Source: Octopus vulgaris
Lineage: Eukaryota
Reading direction: 5' to 3'
Length of the DNA: 64,000 nt
Assembly: GCA_951406725.2 (NCBI GenBank)
Contig: OX597830.1
Location: 9,052,001-9,116,000, forward strand
Positions within the stretch are counted from its first letter, which is position 1; every line of letters starts with the position of its first letter. The notes beneath the pieces were generated by a model. The model was not told the origin of the DNA. It did no database searches and saw nothing but the letters and a program-made list of their open reading frames with translations. Of the stretch, positions 41,660 through 56,177 are shown one piece after another. The position numbers and the translations under genes were made by a program.

Positions 41660-42303
41660 ACGTTTGTATGTATATATATATATATATATGCATGCATATC
41701 TGTACAAACATATATACATACAGGTATACATACATACATACACACATTTGTGTGTGTATGTGTGTATATATACATATGTATATATGTGTGTGTGTGTATA
41801 TAAATACATGTATATATACACATATATGTATATATATACATATATGTATATATACATATATGTATATATATATATATACATATATGTATATATATATACA
41901 TATATGTATATATATATATATATATACACACATGTATATATATATATACATATACACACATGTATATATATATACACATATATGTGTATATATATATACA
42001 CATATATGTATATATATATATACACAAATATGTATATATATATATACACAAATATGTATATATATATACACAAATATGTATATATATATATACACAAATA
42101 TGTATATATATATATACACAAATATGTATATATATATATATATATACACACACACATATATATGTATATATATATATACATATATATGTATATATATACA
42201 CACACATATATATGTGTATATATATATATATTTATATATTTATATATACATACACACATATGTATATAGACATATATATATATATGTATGTATATATAAG
42301 TAT

Positions 42304-42334
<31 letters not shown>

Positions 42335-42393
42335 GACATACATATATATATGTATGTATATATAAGTATACACACACACAGACACACACACAG

Positions 42394-42424
<31 letters not shown>

Positions 42425-42425
42425 C
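41660..42425. repeat. Compound (TA)/(CA) microsatellite
   Basis: Visible repeat. Confidence 0.95.
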
Positions 42426-43069
42426 GTTCATATATTTTCATTCTCCTGAGAATGGTTCCGTGTTGGATTATCAAGTTCTTTTACATACCTTAAGTGAATG
42501 AAAAAGAGAAAAAAGATGTTGGGGTGGGGGAGAGAGACGGTAAGAGAGAGAGAAAGAGAGAGAGGGTGGGCGGGGGATTAATAAGGTGTATGTATGTGTG
42601 TATGTATGCGTATATATATATATGTAAACCCTTTCTATCTTTGTGGCTCCCTTTTTTGACTTCCTACGTATACACTCACAGGAAAAAGTATATTCATAAA
42701 CACACATGTATACAAATATTGTGCATTTATAAGTATATACACCCGTGCACACACATACAAATATACATATCAACATAACTTTACACAAAAATACACAAAC
42801 GTACATAGGCGTGCGCGCGCACACACACACATAAGAATATCATTGATAGTGACTTCGAAGTTTTGGCCAGTTAAGCCATCGTTGGATGGTAGCTCACCTG
42901 GCCGAAAATTCGAAGTTACAGTCAGTAATTTTCTTGTCAAAAAATATTAAATTTGAACTCTACAAAAGTATGGAGCAACCCATCAGATTGACGTGAAATT
43001 GTCTTTATTATAACTGATCATAAAAACAAACATACAAAAATACACACTTGTGCACGCGCGCATACGTAT

Positions 43070-44160
43070 ATAAAATGTCGTCGAAATTACGCAAAAATGA
43101 AAATAACACTGACATCTCATTTTAAGAGATATATTTAACAAAATTACATCAAAATATCTTGAAATACTAAAGAGTGAATTTATTCAATAAAATCACCATT
43201 TGCTCCAACCATGGCCTCCAGACGACTTCGGAATCTCTTGCAACTCTTCTGGACAGTCTCCTTGTTTAAGTTCGTGAATGCTGCCAGAATCCTTGCCTTC
43301 AGTTCATCTTTGGTGTTACAAAGAGTTTTGTGGTTTCTCGCTCAACTGCGCCCCGCATATAATAATCAAGGGGTTTGCAGTCTGAGGAGTTAGGTGACCA
43401 GATGTTAGGGGTGATGCGGTTGTAGAAATTGTCTGACAGCCATGACTGGGTTCTCCTGCTTGTGTGGCAGGTTGCAGAGACCTTTTACTAGACATAGTGT
43501 CTTCCAGCAGCCACCCTCTTGATCCAGGGCAGCACTACGTCTTCCAGGCACTTGATGTAGGCCTCCATGTTGAGTCTTAGGCCGTGTGGGAAGATGAATG
43601 GAGGCATAACGTAGTGATCACTACAAACACCATGATGATGGCTGGATGTTTGATTTTTATCACTCTCGGCACATGTTTTGGACACACGGCAAGCCAACGG
43701 TTGTTCTGTGTGTTCTCCATCTGATCCTGAAATTTTTCTCGCCTTTGAAAAACCAAAACATGTTCGGTTGGGGGTGGGGAGATGCTAGAGTTTGTTTAGA
43801 AGCTTCGTAATACGGTCTTTCCTCCTGTCCTTGATGGCTTGGGATACAAATTGGTCCCTTCTCATCTTGTATGAGGAATTCCGAATGTCTTTATGCACAA
43901 CCTGCCTCATAAGAAACTCAGACACTCCCACGTCCCTGGCGATGGACCTGATTGACATGGAGGGATCGTTGTCAATCATGGCCAGGATCCCGCTAACAAA
44001 TTCAGGAGTTCTTTTCTTATTAGAACGGTCAGAGTGAGTCTTCCGAGCTGCCTTCGTAATCACCATTAGACTCATCCAACCCTTTCCGAGTCCTCTGCAC
44101 TGTTCTCAGATTGACACCCAAACACCCAAACAGTACAGCATGTCGTTTCCAAATTTTTGG
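43070..44160 (-). mobile_element. Decayed Tc1/mariner-superfamily transposon (maT/DD37D-like)
   Basis: Pieces RTPEFV..IDNDPSMSIRSIARDVGVSE (HTH), MPPFIFPHGLRLN..YIKCLEDVVLPW and WSPNSSDCKPLDY (WPPxSPDxNPLDY-like), with stops and frameshifts. Confidence 0.8.
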
Positions 44161-44432
44161 CTGAGTTAACGCCAGTCTATCACCAAGATATTCACATTCT
44201 CAGTTGAGTTGATTGGAGCAACGTGAAGTGTTTTGCTCAAGAACATACTACCCAATCCAAGATTTGAAACCACTATTTTAGTTTCAAGTCTTTTTTCACA
44301 AGGCCAGCAATTTTAAGGAGGAGATAAATCAATTATACTGACCCCCAGGGTTCAAAAGAAGCCTGTCTCTTTCAGGCTCTACTAGAGGCATGCGAAACTT
44401 TAAGTCGCTTTGAACCGTATCGAACTGTTTTA

Positions 44433-44476
<44 letters not shown>

Positions 44477-44684
44477 TTTAAAATTTTTACCACGAAGGCA
44501 GATTAGAGGTGGGGATTAAATCAATTACATAGACCCCAGTGCGTTACTGGTACTTACTTAATCGACCTCGGAAGGATGGAAGTTAAAGTTAAACTTGGCG
44601 GAATTTGAACCCAGAATGCAAAGACGGACAAAATACCTCTCAGCATTTCGCCCGGTGTGCTAACGATCCTGCCAGCTCGTTGCC

Positions 44685-44737
<53 letters not shown>

Positions 44738-46236
44738 TCCAAGTTTCGCTACAAGGGCAGAAAAATTTTTTTGGTGGTGGTGGGGGAGGCATGAGTCGAT
44801 TACATCGACCCAGTGTTCAACTGATACTTATTTTATCGATCCCGAAAGGACGAAAGGCAAAGTCGACATCACCAGAATTTGAACTCAGAATGTTAAGATG
44901 GACAAAATGTCACTAAGCATTTTGTCCAGCGTGTTACCAATTCTGCCAGCTTGCCATTCCTTATCCCCAAACCCCTGTATAGCAACTGTGTATGCAAAAC
45001 CCCAAGCACAAGGCCACGTGCCTTCACCACAACTTTGAACCTGCCAAAATAAGCGACGGCTAGTGACCCCTTCCACTCTTGAAGGGTTTGTGGGGTTTCT
45101 CTCCAAAGTATTCTTCAGCTGGAAGCACTCAATTGAACACCCCTCCACACACACACACCTGACTCTGACCGGGAATTATCCTTAGATGATCCTATAAAAG
45201 TGATGGAAGTCTAGCATCACCTCTGTGATGACGGTTTAATGTTGTTCTTGATGTTGGTTCGACCCAAGATTTTTCCTCTACATAATCCTATCTTACCACT
45301 AATACTACTACCACGATCATCACCACCAACACCACCAATCCCAACACCGACACCATGACCACCACCACCACCATGATCCCCGCCGCCACCGCCACCCTCG
45401 CTGGCATCACCATAACCACAACCAAACGCCAACACCGCTGCCACCGCCACCACCACCACCACTACCGCCGCCACCTCCACCACCACAACCACAACCAGCA
45501 CCACCACTCACAGTCTCATTACCACCATTATCTTAACCACAATACCACCCCTATCACCATTCATACCCACCTCTTATATGTTTGTGTGTATATATATATG
45601 TATGTGTGTATGTGTGCGTGTGTGTGTTTGTATGTGTTCGTATGTGTATGTATTTGTGTGTATGTGTTCGTGTGTGTTAGTGTGTGTTCGTGTGTGTGTT
45701 CGTGTGTATATTTGTGTGTGTGTGTGTGTGCGTGTGTTTGTGTGCGTGTGTTCTTCCTTACTGTTAAAGTTCAGCTTCATTTAGTGTGTATTTTAGGTAA
45801 AGTCTGACTTCCTCTTCCGGTAACCCAGCAGTCTTACTGTTACACAACATTAAACAGGTTAATCCCGCAGTTAATATCCGCAGATCATCTAACATACGCC
45901 AACCAGCTTTATTTCTACGGAGGGAGAGAGAGAAAGAAATAAAAAGAGAGAGAAAGAAAGAAAGAAGGGAGAGAAAGAAAGAGAGAGAGAGAGAGAGCAT
46001 TTATAATGTTATTGCTGTTGTTATCATTATTATTATTATTCATATACACATAACAGATTAGACTGTTGGAAAAGAAAAATTCCTAACATCAGGCTACAAA
46101 AAGTAACCTTAGATGCCAAGAACCCTCCCAAATATCCTAGCTGTTCCTAATAACACTGTTTTCTGGAGCTGTACTAAACTGGGGTTTTATGCCCATTTCC
46201 TCTATGAAATATATATTATCACTATCACCATCATCA

Positions 46237-46300
<64 letters not shown>

Positions 46301-46759
46301 CATCATTGAGTCTCATTGTGTGAAGACATTGTTTTTGCTTCTCCCTTCGAGATACGATTTATTCAAGCATTACCAAATGAAATTTTCTCTTGAGTATTCA
46401 AAGAAAAGAACTACAATTATCTAAGGATGGACTGCCCCTGATCCCCAGGGGTTGAGGAAAAAAAAAGACAAACAAAAAACAAGATAAGATTTGCTGCAGA
46501 AACGACTAAAATTTTATTTATATGTCTTACGTTTTCACATCCAAAACGGCTACCGAACATTCTTATGCTACAAAACAAAATACTAGAATGGGTGGGGGAG
46601 GGAGAGAAATGAAAACAAAACAAAACAAAGAAAAAGGAAATAACAGAACTCAAAGCACAACTAAATGTACAAAAGGAAGGAGAAAATGAACAGCTTAGCA
46701 AAGAGTCAAGAGAAGAAAATGTCCCAAATATTCAAGTAAGTAATTTTGAAGATAATTAG

Positions 46760-47035
46760 CACTCCGTCGGATACAGCGATGGGGGTTCCAGTTAGTCCGA
46801 TCAACAGAGCAGTCTGCTCATAAAATTAACTTGGGAGTGGCTGAGTACTCCACAGACATGCGTACCCTCAACGTAGTTCTGAGCGAGATTCAATGTGACA
46901 CAGAATGTGACAAGGCCGGCCCTTTGAAATTACAGGTACTACTTATGTTTGCTAGTTGAGTTGACTGGAGCAATGTGAAATAAAGTGTCTTGCTCAAGGA
47001 CGCAAGGCGCCGCCGGGAATCGAACTCATGGTTTT
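46760..47035 (-). mobile_element. tRNA-derived SINE family D (related copies 1704-2000+, 47690-47915-, 49200-49465-, 52368-52530-, 55145-55345+, 62290-62570-)
   Basis: GAGTTCGATTCCCGG..CCTTGAGCAAGACACTTTATTTCAC..CTCCAGT shared among copies. Confidence 0.8.
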
Positions 47036-47914
47036 ACGAATAAAAGAGAAAGGAAAATAAAGAACAGCAATTGTAATTACAAGAATACCAGACGTCTGTT
47101 TCCATATCGCCATTAGCCAAAACCCTGGGGTGGCACCTGAAATACAAGTGTGTCCAAGATTAGGAATAGGACAAAAACCTCGTTCCACTAACACTGCTAA
47201 CTGCAGGACCGCATCCTCATTAGGAGGAAATATTAATTATAGATGGAAACAAGAAACAAAGAAAAGAAAAAAAAGAAAACAGAAAGCGATAAAAAAAAAA
47301 GAACAGACAGACAGAAGACAGTGAAAATGGTTGTGGAAGAACAACTATTTCTTCAAAATGGACAATGAAATTCCTCTTCAGAAAAATACAAAAGAAAATG
47401 AAGAGGACGAAGATGAACTAAGATTTACCACTTTTCGGAAATTAAACGAACAATTGATAGACAAAATTATGTGTCTGCGGTTCCATGGATATTCCAAAGA
47501 AGTTAGAATGACACAAAAGCAGTTAGATACAGAATATGAACAACACAAAACCAAATGTTTTTTAAAAATACTTACTGCGCATATGTGGGTGGATACATTC
47601 GGTCATGACACAGACCATGGGATTGCACCTAGAAAGTTACCCTCCCAGGCACAAGTCCGGGCAAAGACCAGCAGTCGCCCATGCATACCAGCCTCTCCTC
47701 TTCACGCCACCAGTGTTATCCAAGCGAAAGGCAAAAGGGGCCGATACAGCTTGGCACCTGTGACGTCGCAACTCATTTCTACAGCTGAGTGAACTGGAAC
47801 AGCGGGAAGTAAAGTGTCTTGCTCAAGAACACAACACGCAACCCGGTCTGGGATTCGAACTCACAACCTCACGATCGTAAGCTCGACGCTCTAACCATTG
47901 AGCCATGCGCCTTC

Positions 47915-48338
47915 ATTCATACATACATACATACATACATACATACATGCACATACATACATACGCATACATACATACATACATACATACATATGCATAC
48001 ATACACATACATACATACATATGCATACATACACATACATAATACATACGTACATACATATACATACATACACATACATACATACATACATATACATACA
48101 TATGCATACATACACATACATATGCATACATACACATACATACATACACATACATACATATGCATACATACATACATACATACATACATATGCATACATA
48201 CACATACATAATACATACATACATACATATACATACATACACATACATACATACATACATATGCATACATACACATACATACATACACATACATACATAT
48301 GCATACATACACATACATACATACATATGCATACATAC

Positions 48339-48369
<31 letters not shown>

Positions 48370-48607
48370 CATACATACACATACATACATACATACATAT
48401 GCATACATACACATACATACATACATACATATGCATACATACACATACATACATACATACATATACATACATATGCATACATATGCATACATACACATAC
48501 ATACATACATATGCATACATACATACATACATACATACATACATACTTACATACATACACGCAAATACATACATATGCCTACTCACACACACACACATAC
48601 ATACATA
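47915..48607. repeat. Compound (CATA)n microsatellite
   Basis: Visible repeat. Confidence 0.95.
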
Positions 48608-51600
48608 CGACGGGGAACGAATATTGCTCCCATTTTTTAACACACCATGACAGCATAGAAAACAGACAATAATCAATGATGATGATGATTCAAGCTAATG
48701 TGGCACTTTAGTCTTGTTGACAAATAATAAATATGTGGAATATTCTTTTCAAGTGTACAAATAAGCTCACATCGCTCTCTATCTGTCTGTTTGTCTATGT
48801 ACTTATTTATTTCATCAACACAACTGTGGTTTTGAACGGTCATTTTCAAAGCTCAGAATTTAATAAATATCAAACAAACGAGATTTTCCAGCAACTCGTG
48901 ATTCTTTATTGTCTTGCTTTTTTAATCCAGACATTATTTGAAGGCGCTTAAATTTCCGATAACCATTATTATTAAGTTTTTCGCCATCGCGCCTTCGCTT
49001 CTGATATTTATTTATTTATTCACAAGTCACATGAAAGCTGAAACAGTCTCCCTGCACCTAACTTTAATAATATAAAGAGAGCTGCATCTGTTTAAAACTG
49101 AATCTAACAACATACGCTAAGCTTTTGAGGACCGTCTATCTACAAAGAAGTTGATAGATGATTTATCTTCTTTGTGGAGAATGCAGTACGCCAGCCTGGT
49201 TCTCTGTCGGTTATGACAAGTGTTCCGTTTGATCCGATCAACGGAACCGTCTGTACAAGCGGCTGAGCACCCCACAGAGACGCGTACACTTACCATAGTT
49301 CTCAGGAAGATTCAGTGGGACACACAATGTAACAAGGTTGGCCCTTTGCAATTACTAGTACAACTCAGTTTTGCCAGCTCAGTAGACAGGAGCAAAGTGG
49401 AATAAAGTGTCTTGCTTAAGGACACAACACATCGCCAGGAATTGAACTCACAACCTTATGATCGAGTGCCAGCATTTATGAGAAAAAGGTAAATAGGTGC
49501 TACGTTGGCGCGTGATCTACAAATAACAGGGCGATTACTTTTTAGTTTATTTCATGCTAGTGCTACTTTGGCGTGGGATCTTCATCAGCAAATTTACTTT
49601 GGTAATCTACACGCTTATTTTAATTATTATATTGTATATTCTTGGCTTCTTCTTTTCATTATTTTCTAAGACAAAGACGATGAGCTGGCAGAAAACGTTA
49701 GTAAGCTGGGCGAAATGTTTAACAGTATTTCGTCTATCTTTACGTTCTGAGTTCAAATTCCGCCGCGGTTGACTTTGCCTTGCATCCTTTCGGGGTCGAT
49801 AAATTAAGTACCAGTTGCATACTGGGGTTAATCTAATCGACTGGCCCCTCTCCAAAAGTTTCGGGCCTTGTGCCTAGAGTAGAAAAGAATCATTAACACG
49901 CTGGATGAAATGCTTAGCGGTATTTCGTCTGCCGCTACGTTCTGAGTTCAAATTCCGCCGCGGTTGACTTTGCCTTTCATCCTTTCGGAGACGATAAATT
50001 AAGGACCAGTTACATACTGGGGTTGAGGTAACCGACTTAACCCCTCCTCCAAAATTTCAGGCCTTGTGCCTAGTAGAGTAGAAAGAATTATTTACTAAGA
50101 CATAAATGAAACATGGTTTTATTATTATTAAAATAATTTTATCCATGAATTGAGCAAACATCTGCTGGAAACGCAAGAAAAAGGTCTTTAGCGCTCTTCC
50201 TCTTGTGTAACCAACAGAAATAGTCAAGGTGGCGAGCTGGCAGAAACGTTAGCACACCGGGCGAAATGCTTAGCAGTATTTCGTCTGTCGCTACGTTCTG
50301 AGTTCAAATTCTGCCGAGGTCGACTTTGCCTTTCATCCTTTCGGGGTCGATAAATTAAGTACCAGTTACGTACTGGGGTCGATGTAATCGACTTAATCCG
50401 TTTGTCTGTCCTTGTTTGTCCCCTCTATTTCCTAAACCTGGCAAAGTATGTAAGTGGTGTAAATTTTGATTTTGCACCCCCTTAACATTTTAGGGAGTGC
50501 AGGCGCACCACCTGCATCCCTGTTCCCAGGTCCTTGTATCTAACTGCACCAACACACACAAACTCCTTCGCCAAATTATTACAATCTCTGGCCCACAAAC
50601 ATACATTTTTCTATTTCCCAACTGTATCACTGCTATAAAAGTCTCCGCTCCTTTGGAAATAGTTAATTGTGTACCACCTAAACTCAAGCCTACCAAAAAC
50701 ATTAGTTTTTCCCCCCTTCTCATCCCTACTGTGTCGTCTCCCCGCCTCCTAGCACAGACTCCTAAACCCAATCTTTCTTTTACAGACTTTCACCATTTCA
50801 ATGAAATTTTTCCCCAAGGATGTCTTTTCTGAATAAGTTAATTTTCCGCCTATTCACATAATTATACACACATCAGTTTACCTAACTCTCAGGAATTTTT
50901 CAGCATGTTACTTGAAATATAGTGACATCTTATTCAGAAAAATGAATAACGAAGTGTTATTAGACTTAAAATAATGCGCATGGCATCGAGGAGACAACTC
51001 AAAATCAAAAGCTTAAAGTAAGTTCATGCAATATTTTCTAAGGGGTAAGGCGGCGACCTGGCAGAGTTGTTAGCACGCCGGGCGAAATGTTTAGCAGTAT
51101 TTCGTCTGTCTTTATGTTCTTAGTTCAAATTCCGCCGAGGTCGACTTTGCCTTCCATCCTTTCGAGGTCGATAAATTAAGTGCCAGTTGCATACTGGGAT
51201 CGATCTAATCGACTGGCCCCCTCAACCAAAATTTCGGGTCATATGCATAGAGTAGAAAAGAATATTTTCTAAGAGGTAAGGCGGTGAGCTGTCACAAACG
51301 TTAGCACGCCGGGCGAAATGCTTAGCGGTATTTCGTCTGTCGTTACGTTGTGAGTTCAAATTCCGCCGAGGTCGACTTTGCCTTTCATCCTTTCGGGGTC
51401 GATAAATTAAGTACCAGTTCCGCACTGGGGTCGATGTAATCGACTTAATCCCTATGTCTGTCCTTGTTTGTCCCCTCTATGTTTAGCCCCTTGTGGGTAA
51501 TAAAGAAATAAGAAACGTTAGCACACCAGGCGAAATTTCTTAGCGGTATTTCGTCTGTCGTTACGTTGTGAGTTCAAATTCCGGCGAGGTCGACTTTGCC

Positions 51601-53086
51601 TTTCATCCTTTCGGGGTCGATTAATTAAGTACCAGTTGTGTACTGGGTCTATCTAATCGACTGCCCCGCCCCTCAAAAATTTCCGGTCATGTGCCTAGAG
51701 TAGAAAGAATATTTTCTAAGGGGTGTTCTGAGAAACCCTTGCATTTCATTTTTAAAAAATCTGAATTTCGTAAGACAGAATTCCTGTAATAGAATTTACT
51801 TGGAATTTTTAAAGGAAAGAGAATGGTATTCACTATTTCAAAATAAGTTGAATAATTTCTCTCCCCACTTTTATTTTATCTAACGTTTTATTAAAATTAG
51901 AGCTCTGGTGATGGGGTCCACAAAATGTAGATGTGGGCTCTGCACATTTATGAACAACTGTTTAACGGTTCCATGACAATATAACCCCGAGTTATTTCAT
52001 CGGGGTTACAATTAATTAGCATTAAAAATCAATGAGAAACAAAGAAGCCCGTTCCTTATGTATGCGTGTGGGAGAGCAGTGAGCCAAAGAACCTTCTAAT
52101 TTCACTTTGATTATTTCTGTTGGCCACAGAAGAGAAAGAGTGCTGAAGACCCCTTTTCTTGTTTCTAGCAGATGTTCGCTCAATTGTTAAGGATTAGCAC
52201 ATGGCATTACATTTTTATAATGCTTGCATGTCGGAATCCTGGGCAGGGTCCACCAGTGGCTTCATCCTTCCTAAGCATCATTCTTTTAAGAGGGATTTTT
52301 TTATTGCTATAGGGCCTTGTGTGTAGGTGTGTGTGCATATGCATATATTTGCGTACGAGTATATCGTGGCACTCCGTCGGTTACGACGACGAGGGTTCCA
52401 GTTGATCCGATCAACGGAACAGCCTGCTCGTGAAATTAATGTGCAAGTGGCTGACAACTCCACAGACACGTGTACCCTTAACGTAGTCCTCGGGAGATTC
52501 AGCGTGACACAAGGCTGGCCCTTTGGAAATACGGGTACAGCAGAAACAAGAAGAAAGAGTGAGAGAAAGCTGTGAAAGAAAGTTGTGGTACAGCAGGGTT
52601 CGCCACCACCCCCTGTCGGAGCATCGTGGAGCTTTAGGTGTTTTCGCTCAATAAACACTCACAACGCCCGATCTGGGATTTCAAAACCGCGACCCTACGA
52701 CCGCGAGTGCGCTGCCCTAACCACTGGACCATTGCGCCTCCACGTATGAGTATAGATACATATATGTTCGAGTGGATGCTGAAAAGCTTTGGATGAAGGA
52801 CCGTTGCAATAAATGTGTGGATCTGAGAGGGGAATATGTTGAACATGTTGAATAACATCATAATTAACTGATCCTTTTCAGTATCCCTCGAACGTGTATA
52901 TGTATATAATGATGTATATGCATATATGTATTATTTACGTTATGAATAACCATGTGCTTACCAACCACATGGTTCCAGGTTCAGTCCCACTGTGTAGCAC
53001 CTTGGGCAAGTATCTTCTACTATAGCCTCGGACCGGCCAAATCCTTGCGAGTGGATTTTGTAAACGGAAACTGAAAGAAGCCCGTC

Positions 53087-53137
<51 letters not shown>

Positions 53138-53996
53138 ACTATCGCTTGACAACCGATGCTGGTGTGTGTACGTCCCCGTAACTTAGTGGTTCGGCAAAAG
53201 AGACCGATAGAATAAGTACTAGGCTTACAAAAGAATAAGTCCTGGCGGTCCATTTGTTCGACTAAAGGCGGTGCTCCAGCATGGCCGCAGTCAAATGACT
53301 GAAACAAAAGAATGATAGAATAAAAGAATATATATATTTACATATTTTATGTATGTATGTATGTATGTATGTATGTATGTATGTATGTATGTATGTATGT
53401 ATGTATGTATGTATGTGCTTATGTATGTGTGCATAGGTATCTGTCTATGTGTATATGTATGCATATATGAATGTGTATATGGCTCTCTCTTTGTATGTAC
53501 ATATATATATGCGTGAGTGTAGGTGTTTATTCACATGAGACCAATTGTATAGAACAGAATAGAATCTTCTCGAGCTACAAACGTCACAATATCGAACAAT
53601 TCACGACTTCCAGACGCAATAGTATCTTATTCGTGTCGTAGGTTGCAAAACGTTAAAATGGATTCACGTAAGACTGGTTTCTCTTTTTCATATGTTATGT
53701 CTTAACTACATGTCTAACGTTAACTGTAGAGAAGTGGTGTGGCCAGACATTAAATACAGGGGCCACATGAATAACTTCAGGTGTTAAGAGACCCAGAAAA
53801 AAATAAGATATAAACCAAATCCTTCGATGTGTTTTATCCCAGGGATTTTAAACACTTTATTTTTACACTATCATTTATAGTTTTATCTAATTCGAGTATG
53901 GAGTTCCATCGTTAAAATCAAATTATTTAAAACTCTTTTGAAGTTTCTAAGTTCAAGTTTCTAAATTGTAGAGAAGTGGTGTGGCCCAAAATTTAA

Positions 53997-54364
53997 GGCG
54001 GCCGTAAAGAATGTGAACCGCAACCCTTTGGCATTTTTTTTTTTAATAGAGAATCTACCATTTTCGAGTACGGAGGTTCTGATTCTGCAAAAAGAAAAAA
54101 AAATCTAATTCCCTCACCACCAATTCTTCAATTTTCACCTCTTTCAGAAATTTTGATTATGACTCTGAAAAAAAAAATTCATTTTGTAAAATTACAATTT
54201 AAAAAAAAATTACAATTTTAAAACTATTATGGGGAGAGGGAAATTAAAATGTTAAAATGCTGTTTTTTTTTTGTAGACTCAGAATCTCCGTACTCGAAAA
54301 TGGGGAATTCTGTAAAAAAAAAAAAAAAGGGGTGGGGTGGTGGTCCACATTCTTTATGTCCGCC
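53997..54364. mobile_element. MITE with ~90-bp imperfect TIRs, inside one copy of a tandem ~240-bp repeat
   Basis: GGCGGCCGTAAAGAATGTGAACC / GGTCCACATTCTTTATGTCCGCC and internal CCATTTTCGAGTACGGAG / CTCCGTACTCGAAAATGG. The host unit repeats at 53726-53958 and 53967-54549. Confidence 0.7.
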
Positions 54365-54695
54365 AAATGGGCCACTTCAGATGCTAAAGACCCAGAAAAA
54401 AGATAATATTAACCTTCGATGTGTTCCATCCCTAGGGATTTTAAGTACTTTATTCTTACACTATTATTTATAGCCTTATCTAATTCGAGTATGGAGCTCC
54501 GTCGTTAGAAACAAATTATTTCAAACTCTTTTGAAGTTTCTAAATTCAAGTGGAGAAAAGCCATTGGCGAAAGCGTGGCTGTGTGATAAGAAAGTTGCTT
54601 CCCAACTAAATGGTTCCTGGTTCAATCCTAGCCTCGGGCTGACCGACCAAAGCCTTATCAGTGGATTTTGTAAACGGAAACTGAAAGAAGCTCGT

Positions 54696-54735
<40 letters not shown>

Positions 54736-54985
54736 TTATGTGTGTGTGTGTGTGTGCGTGTTAGTATGTATGTATATATGTTTGTGTGTGTGTCTTTGTG
54801 CTTGTGTTTGTCCGCCACCACTGCTTGAAAACCGGTGTTGGTGTGCTTTCGTTCCCGTGAACCAGCGGTTCGGAAAAAAAAACATCCGATAGTATAAGTA
54901 CCAGGCTTAAAAAAAAAAAAAGGGAGACTGCTGTCGATTTATTCGACTAAAACTTTTTGAAGGCGGAGCCCACATACACGCACAA

Positions 54986-55133
54986 CATTAACGTAGCTAG
55001 AGGGGGTGGTCCGGCCAAGTGGGTATTTTTATGGGGGCGGCGGCACTTTTATGGATACGGAATTTTTGTAGGAACACTGGGGCGGCAAACTGAAGGGCTG
55101 CCCCGAGCGGCACACACTCTAGCTACGCTAGTG
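54986..55133. mobile_element. Small hAT-like MITE
   Basis: TIRs CATTAACGTAGCTAGAG / CTCTAGCTACGCTAGTG, GC-rich interior with GGGGCGGC repeats. TSD unclear. Confidence 0.5.
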
Positions 55134-56177
55134 ACACACGGACACACTCTATTTCACTTTTTCTCCCGTCCACTCAGCTGGCAAAAATGAATAACACCTG
55201 TATTTCAAAGGGCCACCCTTGTCACATTCCATGTGATGTTGAATCACCCTGAAAACTACATTAAATGTATCCATGTCAGATGGATACTCAGCCACTTGCA
55301 CTTTAATTTCACGAGCAGGCTGTTCCGTTGATTGGACCAACTGGAACTGTTGACGGAGTAAGTGTCCGATACCAAAAGTGCGTGACACGATTAAGCCCAG
55401 GGGTCGGGGATCAGAGGAGAAAAAGAAACGGTGCTCCAGCATGGCCGCAGTCAAATGACAAACAAATAAAAGAGTAGAGAAATAAAAGAATAAATTAAAT
55501 TACTGAAATTTCCCGCCTTTAAATAATATTTTTAAAAAATGCGTGTGTGAATTCTCTAGACTAGTTTGCTGTGTTAGGGGGCATAACTCGTTTTTAATTC
55601 TTAAGAGTTACGCCCCTTGAAATTGTTTTCGCTTACCTTTTGATGACGTTTATTATTTAATGTGTAACTTAGTGGTAATGGCTTCAGTACTTCGGGTTCA
55701 GAGTTCAACTCTGCTGAGAGCAACTTTGTTGAGGCGGTAAGCTGTCAGAACAGTTACGCGTCAATTAAAATGCTTTAATAGTTTCTCTTCTGTTTCTTTA
55801 CTTTCTAAGTTCTTATTCTGTCGAGAACAAGTTTGACTTCGGCCCTTCCAAAAGCAACAAAAGAAATACCAGTTAACCTCTCGGGTCGAAGTCATCAAAA
55901 GTAACTGCTCCGATCCGCTTCGTGTCTCCTCCGTTCCGACCCCCAGTCTGCGGCACCTAAATTCACTGTTCTTGGACTAAAAATTTGAAACCACCATTCA
56001 ACGTGGGAATCACTTTAAGTCTCTGCAGTGGGAGTTCGAATCCTCTGAGGTCGTGAGCGGGCAAACTCATTTGAACATCGGAAAAAATGCTTTGCGGTTT
56101 TACTTCCGGCTCTGAAGGCGGCGAGCTGACAGACTCGTTAGCACGTTGGGCGAAATGCTTAACAGTATTCACTACAT

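Noticed and set aside
45217-45560. Gly/Val- or His/Thr-rich ORFs
   Set aside because: Degenerate (ACC)n trinucleotide repeat.
47331-47580. Charged ORF MDNEIPLQKNTKENEEDEDELRF...
   Set aside because: No recognisable domain or splice signals, and it runs into a SINE; possibly LINE ORF1 debris.
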